From: Promethearchaeota archaeon
Lineage (GTDB): Archaea; Asgardarchaeota; Lokiarchaeia; Sigyniarchaeales; SOKP01
Direction of reading: 5' to 3'
DNA: 64,000 bases
Assembly (NCBI GenBank): GCA_019058445.1
Contig: JAHPZA010000003.1
Location: 356,919 to 420,918, forward strand
Shown: positions 41,701 through 51,317 of the stretch, piece after piece
How positions within the stretch are numbered: position 1 is the stretch's first letter
Layout: each line of letters opens with the position of its first letter
Notes under the pieces: model-generated
The model's database searches: none
What the model was told of the DNA's origin: nothing
Seen by the model: the letters and a program-made list of their open reading frames with translations, nothing else
Program-made: the position numbers and the translations under genes

Positions 41701-42711
41701 CTACATTCTAGAAAAAATAATAAGCACTTCAAAAAAATCCAAAGTTATCAATAAAAATAAAAGAATAAAAATAATAATAAAAACGATTCTCTCTGATTTA
41801 GATGATGTAAAACTCTTGAGATGCTGTTCTTTACTAAAATGAAAAATAAGAATTAAAATTATTATAAAAAGTGGGATGAAAACAAAGAAATATACGATTA
41901 ATTTACCATAAAAAATTGGCAAAGAAATAGAGGAAATTATTGTTACTGGAATACTAATGATTATCCAGAAAATGAGAACTATTACCCATTTAAAAGCCTT
42001 CCCTCGTTGTTCTTTAATCATTTCTGAATCAGATGGTATTTCTTTCCAATTATAATTGTTTAAATGTCTGAATTCACTCGCCCAATCAGAATTTTTTATT
42101 CGAATCATGAATGAATCCTTTGAAAATCCTAATCTGACATGATCATAAATCTGACCAAGATATCGATTATATAAGGAATTTTCAATGATTTTTCTTAGAA
42201 GATATACGAAAAGAGGGATTCCATTCATTATAAGAATTATAGTGAAAACATTTAAATTTTGAGTCAAAATATAAATGAAAATTCCAATTATGGAATTTAT
42301 TATAAGACCAAGGATTAGGATAAGATCAATTCTGTCACTAATAAAACGCGGTTTCTTTCTTAAATTCCTATAATGTTTTTCACATAAAGAAATCTCAATA
42401 TCTTCTTTATTCTTTATTTTATATTTAAAAAAACCTTCAATATTTAGACCACAAATGGGACATATTGTAGGGATATTAATTGGTATATGCTTTGTATTTT
42501 GTTCACTTTTAGTTTTTAATTCAAATAATCGATATTCTTTAGCTTGATGTACCAAATCATCAAACTTAGTGTTTTTCCTCTTATCCTTGCTGAATTCCGC
42601 TCCCGTTGTTTTTAAAAACCAAAATAAAAGTTTATAGACTATAATAAATATAATAATACTTGTTATGGTGATATAAAATATAAAAGTCATTAAATTCGGG
42701 AAGAGAGCCAT
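41701..42711 (-). CDS. Membrane protein with zinc-finger-like segment
   Basis: Several TM segments; CPICG...LCEKH. Confidence 0.65.
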   Translation of the reverse strand: MALFPNLMTFIFYITITSIIIFIIVYKLLFWFLKTTGAEFSKDKRKNTKFDDLVHQAKEYRLFELKTKSEQNTKHIPINIPTICPICGLNIEGFFKYKIKNKEDIEISLCEKHYRNLRKKPRFISDRIDLILILGLIINSIIGIFIYILTQNLNVFTIILIMNGIPLFVYLLRKIIENSLYNRYLGQIYDHVRLGFSKDSFMIRIKNSDWASEFRHLNNYNWKEIPSDSEMIKEQRGKAFKWVIVLIFWIIISIPVTIISSISLPIFYGKLIVYFFVFIPLFIIILILIFHFSKEQHLKSFTSSKSERIVFIIIFILLFLLITLDFFEVLIIFSRM

Positions 42712-42833
42712 AGGAATCCTTTAAATTGCTAATTAATCTTTATCAATATTATAATATAAAAAAAATCTGAATCATAAATACTCTCAGGATTCATCATACC
42801 AAATTTTCAATCTATATTTCTTCCATGTTTGAA

Positions 42834-44120
42834 TTATAATAATGTTTGTGCAAATATTTTAATTTTTTCTCTTATCACTTTATCAGAAGCAAAGCGCGCA
42901 TCTCCTACATCCACATCAATCAACAGCATTGGAATCCCGACTTCATCTCTTAATGCTTCTCTTAGGATTTGAGGGATACTCCCAAATTGTTTACACCCTA
43001 TATGAGAGGTGAATATAAAGCAATCAGCGCTAAATTCTTTTGCTAATCTCACACATTCATCTATAAATGGATAATAAAATTCAGCTGATTGTTTAACCAT
43101 AGGGGCCTCCATACTTTTCTTTGCCATTCCATAAAACATAGTTTCCAAATTGGATGTATCGATAGGGTCTGCAAAGTTATAGTTAAATATATCGAAAAGA
43201 ATACTCATGCCTAATTCTCGGTCTAACCATTCTGAAATTGCCAAGTCAAAGAAAATAATCATATAAGGCCAAATTGACCTAATCCGTTCTTCTCCACCAT
43301 GATGCTCTTTGTTCTTATATCTTTTTTGAGCAAGGGCCAACATATCATCATAGAAATATTCTTTTTCAGGACGACCAGATAAAAAAATGGATGCCGCTGC
43401 CGCCATTGCATTAAACATGTTTTCAACTGGACAAGGGATTGCTTTTTTTAATTCAAAAATGTCCATTTGCGTTTTATAGATTCGATTTTCAATCTCTATA
43501 TGGTTCTTCAATTTCTCATAATTCGGTTCTTGTTTAATTATCTTACCTAAATCATTTAAGGAAAGCTGAATTTGCTTGGCATAATAATCATAACTTTTCT
43601 CTTCTTTTAAGAAAGGTAAATCGGGCGTAATTAAAGGAATACCTTCCTTATACTGGAAATATGGATAGGACGCATAAGTATTATCACAGGGAGCAGTAGG
43701 AGTAACAATGGCATCGAACTGAAATAAACCATCCAAAGTCATACCCATCGTACCTTTCTGAGAAGAACAAGTATGAAAAGGATGTCCCCAATGTGTGATT
43801 AGATCATAATATGGTTCTGAACCTTCTGGTAATAAAGCGGCCATTAAATATGAAACTGCTTCAATGCATATAGGAACACAATCAAAAGCATAGAGGTACT
43901 CAGTTTGAAATGAGAAATGATGACCAATAACAGGTAATCCTTCACCAGCTTTATCAATCTGATCTTGTAAAGCATCTGTCAAATATTTTAATCCATATTT
44001 TAAAGAAGGAATGCCTTGTTCAGGTAAGATTCTTTCAATTAACTCATGAGTAGTAGTAATAGCTTCTAAAAGCATTTTGTAGGGTATTATTTTGTTTTCC
44101 AGTTCTAAGCGATTTACCAT
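42834..44120 (-). CDS. 2-hydroxyacyl-CoA dehydratase subunit (HgdA-like)
   Basis: HTCSSQKG, PCD, GCKQ and GIPML.IDVD motifs. Confidence 0.85.
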   Translation of the reverse strand: MVNRLELENKIIPYKMLLEAITTTHELIERILPEQGIPSLKYGLKYLTDALQDQIDKAGEGLPVIGHHFSFQTEYLYAFDCVPICIEAVSYLMAALLPEGSEPYYDLITHWGHPFHTCSSQKGTMGMTLDGLFQFDAIVTPTAPCDNTYASYPYFQYKEGIPLITPDLPFLKEEKSYDYYAKQIQLSLNDLGKIIKQEPNYEKLKNHIEIENRIYKTQMDIFELKKAIPCPVENMFNAMAAAASIFLSGRPEKEYFYDDMLALAQKRYKNKEHHGGEERIRSIWPYMIIFFDLAISEWLDRELGMSILFDIFNYNFADPIDTSNLETMFYGMAKKSMEAPMVKQSAEFYYPFIDECVRLAKEFSADCFIFTSHIGCKQFGSIPQILREALRDEVGIPMLLIDVDVGDARFASDKVIREKIKIFAQTLL

Positions 44121-44156
44121 AATATCACATTTTTTTTATCCTTTTTACTAAAAAAT

Positions 44157-45425
44157 TCATAAAAGTGTCTGAGAAAACATTTTAATTTTTTCTTTCATAG
44201 TAGCTAATGAGGTCATTCTGGCATCGCCCACGTCAAATTCAATAATTAACATAGGAACGCCAATTTCTTTTAAAGCCTCTTTTAAAAGTTGCGGCACAGT
44301 ACCAAATTGCTTACATGCTAAACTCTGAGTAAAAATAAAACAGTCTGCGCTAAATTCTTTCGCAAATCTTACACAATCATTAATAAATGGATAATAAAAT
44401 TCTATAGACTGCTTTACCATTGGCCAACCCATCCCTTTTTTTGCCATATCATAGAACATGGTATTCAGATCAGAGCGAGTGTTAATCGGATCTGAGAAAT
44501 TATAATTAAAGATGTCAAAAAGGATACTCATTCCTAATTCTCTATCTAAATATTCACAGAGAGAAATATCAAAAAAAGTTAACATATAGGGCCATATCGA
44601 CCTTATATGTTCTTCGCCTCCATGATGTACTTTTTTTCTATATCTGTATTTCGCAATCTCCAACATTTCCTTATAAAACTCATATTTTTCAATTGTCCCT
44701 GGTATTAATATAGCGGTTGCAGCAGATACAGCATTATACATGTTCTCTATAGGGCTAGGAATAGTTTTAGCTAATTCAAATATTTCTAGTTGTAATTTGT
44801 TTGTCTTATTTTCTAGTTCTAATGCCATTTTTAATTTTTTATAATCTGGTTCTTGTCCTATTTCTTTGCCCAATTTGGTAAGACTAAGTTTTAATTGATT
44901 ACCATAATATTCATATCCTTTTTCATCGAACCGAAAGGGTAAATCAGCGATAATTAATGGAAATTTACCCTCGTATCGAAAAAACGGATATGAAGCACAT
45001 GTTGAATCGCATGGAGCAGTGGGAGTAATGATAGCATCAAATCTAAATAAATCATCCAATGTAAAAGCCATTGAAGCCTTCTGTGCGGAACAAGTATGAT
45101 ATGGATGCCCAAAATTTGCAATTAGATCATAATATTTTTCTACTCCGTGTAATAATAAAGTTGCTAAAAAATAACCAGAAGCTTCTAAACACACGGGTAC
45201 ACAATCATAGCATTGAAGATATTCGCCTGGAAATGCAAAATGATATCCTACTATAGGGAACCCTTCTTGTGCCTTTTGCAGATAATCATCTAAAACCGAA
45301 TTTATTTTTTCTAACCCAATCCTTAAAGACGGCATCCCATACTCTGGCAGTATTCTTTCAATTAATTCCTGAGTTGAATTCAAAGCTTCTGATAACATTG
45401 TATATGGTATGATTTTATTTTCCAT
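44157..45425 (-). CDS. 2-hydroxyacyl-CoA dehydratase subunit (HgdA-like paralog)
   Basis: HTCSAQK, PCD and ACKQ motifs; closely similar to its neighbour. Confidence 0.85.
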   Translation of the reverse strand: MENKIIPYTMLSEALNSTQELIERILPEYGMPSLRIGLEKINSVLDDYLQKAQEGFPIVGYHFAFPGEYLQCYDCVPVCLEASGYFLATLLLHGVEKYYDLIANFGHPYHTCSAQKASMAFTLDDLFRFDAIITPTAPCDSTCASYPFFRYEGKFPLIIADLPFRFDEKGYEYYGNQLKLSLTKLGKEIGQEPDYKKLKMALELENKTNKLQLEIFELAKTIPSPIENMYNAVSAATAILIPGTIEKYEFYKEMLEIAKYRYRKKVHHGGEEHIRSIWPYMLTFFDISLCEYLDRELGMSILFDIFNYNFSDPINTRSDLNTMFYDMAKKGMGWPMVKQSIEFYYPFINDCVRFAKEFSADCFIFTQSLACKQFGTVPQLLKEALKEIGVPMLIIEFDVGDARMTSLATMKEKIKMFSQTLL

Positions 45426-45452
45426 AGCATTCCTCTTTTTCTCAGAAATTGG

Positions 45453-46595
45453 TTATGTAATCATCTCTAAAAAGGCCTCAATTCTGGTTTGTAATCTCGT
45501 TGTATCTGCTTGAAAAGACTCTCGATCAATATTAAACACAGGAATATCCAAATCTTTTAGTTCATGTTCGTAAAGCATATTGTCACATCCATGGAGATCA
45601 CAGTTATTTATTCTCTGTAGAAGCACTCCATCGATATTTGCTCTTTTAATCTCATTCTTTAAGAATTCTAATCTTCTTTCGTGATCATCCATCATCCTCG
45701 GGCATGACATTCTATAATATAAGCGCTTAGTTATATCTTCGAGAGGATTATTTTCGGATGTTATTTTTACGTCATCTTGAAAGTTGCGGGTTCCAAAACA
45801 TAAGAAATCAGACACAATTATTGCTCCAGAACTTTCAACTAATTGAGTGAAGTTTATATTGTCTACTATACTACCAACAAGGAGTATTCTTTTGTTACTG
45901 GTTTTAATTCCTTCACTATCCTTTAAAATTTGTAATATTCTCTCTAATTCTTTATTTGCAATTTCTTTGGGTACAGAGGAATTTGCCATCGATATCTGTA
46001 AGGCCTCACTGCCCGAAATTTTTGGATTATCTAAGATTCTTAAATTATGTATTTCTCTTAGTAATCTTCTGTTTTCATTATAGACGTTTATTGAGTCTAT
46101 TAGATCTCTATTGGTAATCTCGTTAATATTATAGGACTTTTCAAGTTCCTCTTTGAATTCTTCTACTTCCTTTTTATACCATCCGAATCCTTCTTCAGTT
46201 ATGATATGAGGAAGAGCTAGATAAAATCTTGGTACTTTTTTAGTAAAACTCTCCCTATTAAAAACCTTTAGATCAAATAACTCGAACATTCTACGGCTAT
46301 GGTCACAGCTATTACAAACAACAAATCCATCTAAGAAGTCATAGACACCTTGGAGTGCTAAATGCAATGTAGATCGAACATAGCTACATGTAAATCTAAC
46401 CATATAGATGTCAGCCAAATCAGTGTCCTTATTTCCAGTAGATCTAATCCGATATGGGAACAATTTCGCAGCATGAAATAACTCTTCTGGTATATATGTA
46501 CAATAATAGCCCATAACCTTTTTTTGAGTGGTTTCTAGATAGGAATTGGATATAGTATCAGAAATATTTAGGAATTTATCATTCTGTAAGCTCAT
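45453..46595 (-). CDS. 2-hydroxyacyl-CoA dehydratase subunit (HgdB-like)
   Basis: GYYCTYIPEEL, TCSYVRS, NSCD, CDLH and TRIEAFLEM motifs. Confidence 0.88.
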   Translation of the reverse strand: MSLQNDKFLNISDTISNSYLETTQKKVMGYYCTYIPEELFHAAKLFPYRIRSTGNKDTDLADIYMVRFTCSYVRSTLHLALQGVYDFLDGFVVCNSCDHSRRMFELFDLKVFNRESFTKKVPRFYLALPHIITEEGFGWYKKEVEEFKEELEKSYNINEITNRDLIDSINVYNENRRLLREIHNLRILDNPKISGSEALQISMANSSVPKEIANKELERILQILKDSEGIKTSNKRILLVGSIVDNINFTQLVESSGAIIVSDFLCFGTRNFQDDVKITSENNPLEDITKRLYYRMSCPRMMDDHERRLEFLKNEIKRANIDGVLLQRINNCDLHGCDNMLYEHELKDLDIPVFNIDRESFQADTTRLQTRIEAFLEMIT

Positions 46596-46606
46596 TTATT
46601 CTCTCC

Positions 46607-47083
46607 TCAATATTTATATTTATACACTCTATCTTTTCCAATCATCAAACTCCTCACTAATAAAATAGCTGCAATCATTGAGCCTTTTAATTTAACTTTT
46701 CCTAAAATATATAATTTTGCGACTTTAAGCAATCCGAAAATATTATCTTTTGAGCGGATAATCTTACTCAATACTTTTAGGATATCTTTTTCTTTTACCT
46801 TGACTTCAATAGTAGAAACGGGATCCTTTGCCTTTTCAACTCTTACATCAAATTTATTCTTATCTGAGGTAAGTAATAAGGTAATATATCCCTCTAATGC
46901 AGGTAAGGACAATTCTACTTCTTGACCTTCCCATTTTTTCAACCTTTTGAATTGATTATCTAAGCCATATAAATCAACCAACATTTTTGCTAATCGAGCA
47001 ATATTAAGTAATTTGGTTTCTTTAACTAAGTTGGAAGCTCTTAGATTTCTCTTTAGTATTTCTGGATCTACAATTTGATTAAT
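46607..47083 (-). CDS. SCP2-like lipid-binding protein; possible ATT start at 47083 (ORF track starts at 46984)
   Basis: LYILGKVKLKGS SCP2-like motif; frame open to 47086 with SD GGTGTGA just upstream. Confidence 0.55.
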   Translation of the reverse strand: MNQIVDPEILKRNLRASNLVKETKLLNIARLAKMLVDLYGLDNQFKRLKKWEGQEVELSLPALEGYITLLLTSDKNKFDVRVEKAKDPVSTIEVKVKEKDILKVLSKIIRSKDNIFGLLKVAKLYILGKVKLKGSMIAAILLVRSLMIGKDRVYKYKY

Positions 47084-47215
47084 AGATCACACCAGTTAAA
47101 TTTAGTTTGCTATAATAATTATTATTTTAGCATTATTAGTATTTAAGAATGCTCATTAATCTAAGTTTGTATTCTTCTCTTTAACATATTTATCGAAAAT
47201 CTAAACAAAAAGCTT

Positions 47216-48127
47216 TTAATTAAGTTGATTAATAAAATCCTCAAGGGATTCTTTTACTGTAAATCCCAGCTTTTTAATTTTGCTAAGATCAGCGATATTT
47301 CGTGTTAATTCGTTTACATCAGATTCTTTGTAAACAATTCTGGGCTCCTTATTTAACTTGTTAGAGATTATTTTAACTAAATCATTTATCGAATATTCCC
47401 TAAGTCCTGATAAGTTGTAATCCTCACTGTAACATTCTTTATTATTTAATATAAGCCCAATTGCGCTGCATATATCATTGACGTGCAAAAACGCTCGACT
47501 CTGAGTTCCATCTCCATAAATTGTAAGAATATCATTATGGTTTATTTTATCCATGATAATTGAAATAATATTATAGTGCCCTTCACCATATATAGAAAAA
47601 GGTCTTACAATAGTATAATTTAGGCCTAATATTCCTAAAGACTTAACGACGTATTCCCCGATTAGTTTTGTAGTTCCATAAAGATTTATAGGATTTTTTG
47701 GTGTGTCCTCTTTAATTGGAAATGAACCGGGAATCCCAAAAACTTGACCGGTTGAAAGATGAACGAAATGAGATACTGCATTTTCAATGGCTTTTTTAGC
47801 AATTTTCTTGGTAGCTTGGACATTAAGTGAAAAATATCTATCATAATTTTCAATGATCCCTTCCCTTACTTTTGTAGCAGCAGCGCAATGGATTACGTTT
47901 TTAATTTGTGAAAAGTCTGGAAATATCCATTCTTGCTCAAGGAAATTTTGCCTCCAAAATTCAAGTTTTTCGAAACTTAAGTTCTCATTTTCAAGATTTT
48001 TTTTAAAATTGTTGATAGACTCGTCTGAACTACCATGGGCTATGATGTGCTCACCATTCTTTATTAAATTTTTTACTAACCAACTCCCTATAAATCCTGT
48101 GGCGCCAGTTATTAATATTTTTGCCAT
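47216..48127 (-). CDS. NAD-dependent epimerase/dehydratase
   Basis: ITGATGFIG, YGTTK and YGDG.Q.R.F motifs. Confidence 0.9.
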   Translation of the reverse strand: MAKILITGATGFIGSWLVKNLIKNGEHIIAHGSSDESINNFKKNLENENLSFEKLEFWRQNFLEQEWIFPDFSQIKNVIHCAAATKVREGIIENYDRYFSLNVQATKKIAKKAIENAVSHFVHLSTGQVFGIPGSFPIKEDTPKNPINLYGTTKLIGEYVVKSLGILGLNYTIVRPFSIYGEGHYNIISIIMDKINHNDILTIYGDGTQSRAFLHVNDICSAIGLILNNKECYSEDYNLSGLREYSINDLVKIISNKLNKEPRIVYKESDVNELTRNIADLSKIKKLGFTVKESLEDFINQLN

Positions 48128-48449
48128 CGTTTAAAATAAACCTTGGTATAGCAGATAAGTATTATTGCAGTAATGAAACAATAATTATATAATGCTACTA
48201 AGACAATTTTCAAAATTCTTTCAACTTTAGTATTTTGATTGAAATTATTATGAATTTGATGAAATTAATATTAGATTCTTTCACATTTTATTAAGAATGT
48301 TCAGATTTTTACGATATCCCTAGAAGAATGTTCAGTCTCAGCTAAACATTTATTATGAAAATTAATGATTTGTTCAACTTTTTAGATAATTTTAAATAGA
48401 TCTTTTGATATTATTTACTAGACAACAAGAATTAAAGAATGGATTAACG

Positions 48450-48665
48450 ATGAAGTTCACGATTGTTGAAGAATATTGTAAAGGTTGTGGTTATTGTATT
48501 ACAATATGTCCAAAAAATGTTTTGAAAGAATCTAGTCATTTAAATAGTAAAGGATATGTAATCCCTGAAATTTTAAATAAGGAAGAATGTATTAATTGTA
48601 AAAAATGCGAATTAATTTGCCCTGAGATGGCTATAACAATACAAAAGGAGGAAATTGAGGCATGA
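48450..48665 (+). CDS. korD: 2-oxoacid:ferredoxin oxidoreductase delta (ferredoxin) subunit
   Basis: CKGCGYCITICP and CINCKKCELICP. Confidence 0.85.
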   Translation: MKFTIVEEYCKGCGYCITICPKNVLKESSHLNSKGYVIPEILNKEECINCKKCELICPEMAITIQKEEIEA

Positions 48666-49834
48666 GTATTATAACTGTTGATGAGATTTTGGAGCCAAAA
48701 TTACAATTTGCCACAGGAAATGATGCAATAGCATATGGGGCACTTTTAGCCAATTGTCGTTTTTTTGCGGGATATCCTATAACTCCTGCAACTGAAATCT
48801 TAGAATTAATGGCTAGATACTTACCTTTATTAGATGGAGGGTATTGTTTACAAATGGAAGATGAGATAGCATCCATGGCAGCAATAATCGGAGCAAGTTG
48901 GAATAATTATCGTACCATGACTGCAACATCAGGTCCCGGTTTTTCTCTTATGCAAGAAAACATAGGTTATGCCTGCATGACAGAGACTCCCTGTGTTATA
49001 GTTAATGTTCAAAGATCTGGACCATCAACGGGACAACCAACCAAACCTGCTCAAGGAGATGTAATGGAAGCAAGATGGGGCACTCATGGAGATCATTACG
49101 TAATAGTACTTTATCCTAATAGCGTTCAAGAGAGTTTATGGATTACTATTAGAGCATTTAATCTAGCAGATAAATATCGCGTTCCTGTCATCTTATTATC
49201 CGATGCTGCTCTTGCTCATACCAGAGAAAAACTTACAATTCCCCTCCAAAATAATATTGACATTATAAATAGAATGCCAGTTACCATTGAGAAATCAAAA
49301 TATCATCCATTTCGCACAGGCTTTATTCATCCTTCAAAAGTACCAGAGATGGATATATTTGGTCAGAAATATCATACTTATTTAACCGGCTTAACTCATG
49401 ATTGGAAGGCATACCCTGCAACAGACAGTGCTAAAGTACATGAACAATTAGTAAGGAGGTTTTATGAAAAAATCGTAGATAATCATTCAGATATAGTATC
49501 GATGGAATTAAAATACATGGATGATGCAGATATTGTAGTGGTATCCTATGGCATTGCTTCAAGACCAGCTCTTGCAGCAGTTGAGCGGGCTCGAGCTGAG
49601 GGCTATAAAGTGGGATATTTACGACTAATTACTTTATGGCCTTTTCCCCATGATGAGATATATGAAATTTCCCTAGACACTAAGAAGTTTGTAGTTGTTG
49701 AGATGAATCTTGGGCAAATTTATCATAAAATAGTTGAGCATTCTAGAGGGAATAGTGAAGTGATAAAGTGCTTCAAAATCGGAGGAGAATTACACACTCC
49801 AAAAGAAATTCTAAAAAAAATTAAATCCAGGTGA
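48662..49834 (+). CDS. korA: 2-oxoacid:ferredoxin oxidoreductase alpha subunit
   Basis: YPITPA, QMEDE, TATSGPG and QRSGPSTG motifs. Confidence 0.9.
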   Translation: MSIITVDEILEPKLQFATGNDAIAYGALLANCRFFAGYPITPATEILELMARYLPLLDGGYCLQMEDEIASMAAIIGASWNNYRTMTATSGPGFSLMQENIGYACMTETPCVIVNVQRSGPSTGQPTKPAQGDVMEARWGTHGDHYVIVLYPNSVQESLWITIRAFNLADKYRVPVILLSDAALAHTREKLTIPLQNNIDIINRMPVTIEKSKYHPFRTGFIHPSKVPEMDIFGQKYHTYLTGLTHDWKAYPATDSAKVHEQLVRRFYEKIVDNHSDIVSMELKYMDDADIVVVSYGIASRPALAAVERARAEGYKVGYLRLITLWPFPHDEIYEISLDTKKFVVVEMNLGQIYHKIVEHSRGNSEVIKCFKIGGELHTPKEILKKIKSR

Positions 49835-50712
49835 TTAAAATAGCAAATTCGACAAAGGATTTAAGAGAGAAATATTTGAGAAAAGATTTATTGCCTACGA
49901 TATTTTGCCCTGGATGTGGAAATGGTCAAGTTTTAAATTATGTGATAAGAGCTATTGATGCATTAAACATTTCTCAAGATAATTTAGTATTTGTTTCGGG
50001 TATTGGTTGCTCATCAAGATTACCAGCTTATTTAGAAGCTTATGGGGTTCATACCACTCATGGTCGGGCTATAGCGTATGCAACTGGAATAAAATTAACA
50101 AACCCAGAGTTAACAGTTATAGTATTTACGGGAGATGGGGATATCTCTGCCATTGGATTGAATCATTTTCTACAGGCGATTAGAAGAAATATTTCCATAA
50201 CAGTAATATGCATTAACAACGAGAACTATGGGATGACTGGAGGGCAAGTCTCCCCCACTACTCCTATGGGACATTTTTCAACAACAACACCTTACCAAAA
50301 CATTGAACATTCTTTCAATTTATCATTTCTGGCAAAAGCAGCAGGGGCTTCATATGTAGCAAGGTGGACTACAGCTCATTCCTTACAAGCAATTAAATCA
50401 ATTAAAAAAGGACTCCAAAAACAAGGATTAGCATTTATCGAGATGCTATCACCTTGTCCAGTAAGTAAGAAGACTTTCAAAAATACAACAGAATATTTAC
50501 AATACTATTTAAATGAATCCATTAGTTATTCTCCTAATCAGAATAATAATACTTCAGCTCATGTTTTTAAAGATTTACATGAATGCTTTACCGCCCAATA
50601 TGAGGGTAAAATTATTGTTGGTGAAATAATTGATAAAGAGAAACCAAATTATCATCAATTATATGAAGATTTAAGAGTGAGAGCTAGAAATGAGTTCCGA
50701 AAAAACAAATAA
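49831..50712 (+). CDS. korB: 2-oxoacid:ferredoxin oxidoreductase beta subunit
   Basis: FCPGCG, SGIGCS, GDGD and YGMTGGQ motifs. Confidence 0.9.
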   Translation: MIKIANSTKDLREKYLRKDLLPTIFCPGCGNGQVLNYVIRAIDALNISQDNLVFVSGIGCSSRLPAYLEAYGVHTTHGRAIAYATGIKLTNPELTVIVFTGDGDISAIGLNHFLQAIRRNISITVICINNENYGMTGGQVSPTTPMGHFSTTTPYQNIEHSFNLSFLAKAAGASYVARWTTAHSLQAIKSIKKGLQKQGLAFIEMLSPCPVSKKTFKNTTEYLQYYLNESISYSPNQNNNTSAHVFKDLHECFTAQYEGKIIVGEIIDKEKPNYHQLYEDLRVRARNEFRKNK

Positions 50713-51238
50713 TGATATTGGTATACGAATATGTGGTATAGGTGGTATGGGAGTAATCCTCTCAAGCATAATTTTAGGTAAAGCAGCAATTTATGATCAT
50801 AAAAATGCCATTCAAACTCAATCATATGGTGCGGAACAGCGCGGATCAAAAGTAAGGAGTGATGTGATTATTTCGAAAAAAGAATCCATTAATTATCCCG
50901 TTATAGACAATGCGGATATTTTAATTGCTCTATCTCAAGATGCGTTCAATAAATTTTCTCCCAGTATAAAAAAAGATGGGATTATAATAATAAATTCTGA
51001 TCTTGTTCAAGTTACTGAAGAAGTTAATAATTTATATCAACTACCAGCAACAACAATGGCTAAAGAGTTAAATCTTAAGAAAGTCGCTAATATAGTAATG
51101 CTTGGAGCATTTGTCAAAATTTCTGGGATTGTATCTGAAGAATCAGTAATAAAATCTATTTCTGAAACTTTTCGAGAGAATCATGTTGCCATAAACATTG
51201 ATGCTTTTAAAATAGGATTCAATTACTTTAAAGAATAA
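50690..51238 (+). CDS. korC: 2-oxoacid:ferredoxin oxidoreductase gamma subunit
   Basis: GIGGMG, QSYGAEQRG and NIVMLGA motifs. Confidence 0.88.
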   Translation: MSSEKTNNDIGIRICGIGGMGVILSSIILGKAAIYDHKNAIQTQSYGAEQRGSKVRSDVIISKKESINYPVIDNADILIALSQDAFNKFSPSIKKDGIIIINSDLVQVTEEVNNLYQLPATTMAKELNLKKVANIVMLGAFVKISGIVSEESVIKSISETFRENHVAINIDAFKIGFNYFKE

Positions 51239-51317
51239 TTCAAATTCAAAACGTTTTTAGGATTTATAAAATATTTATAAATCTATAAAAAATCACATTT
51301 CTCTTATAATTGTTTCT

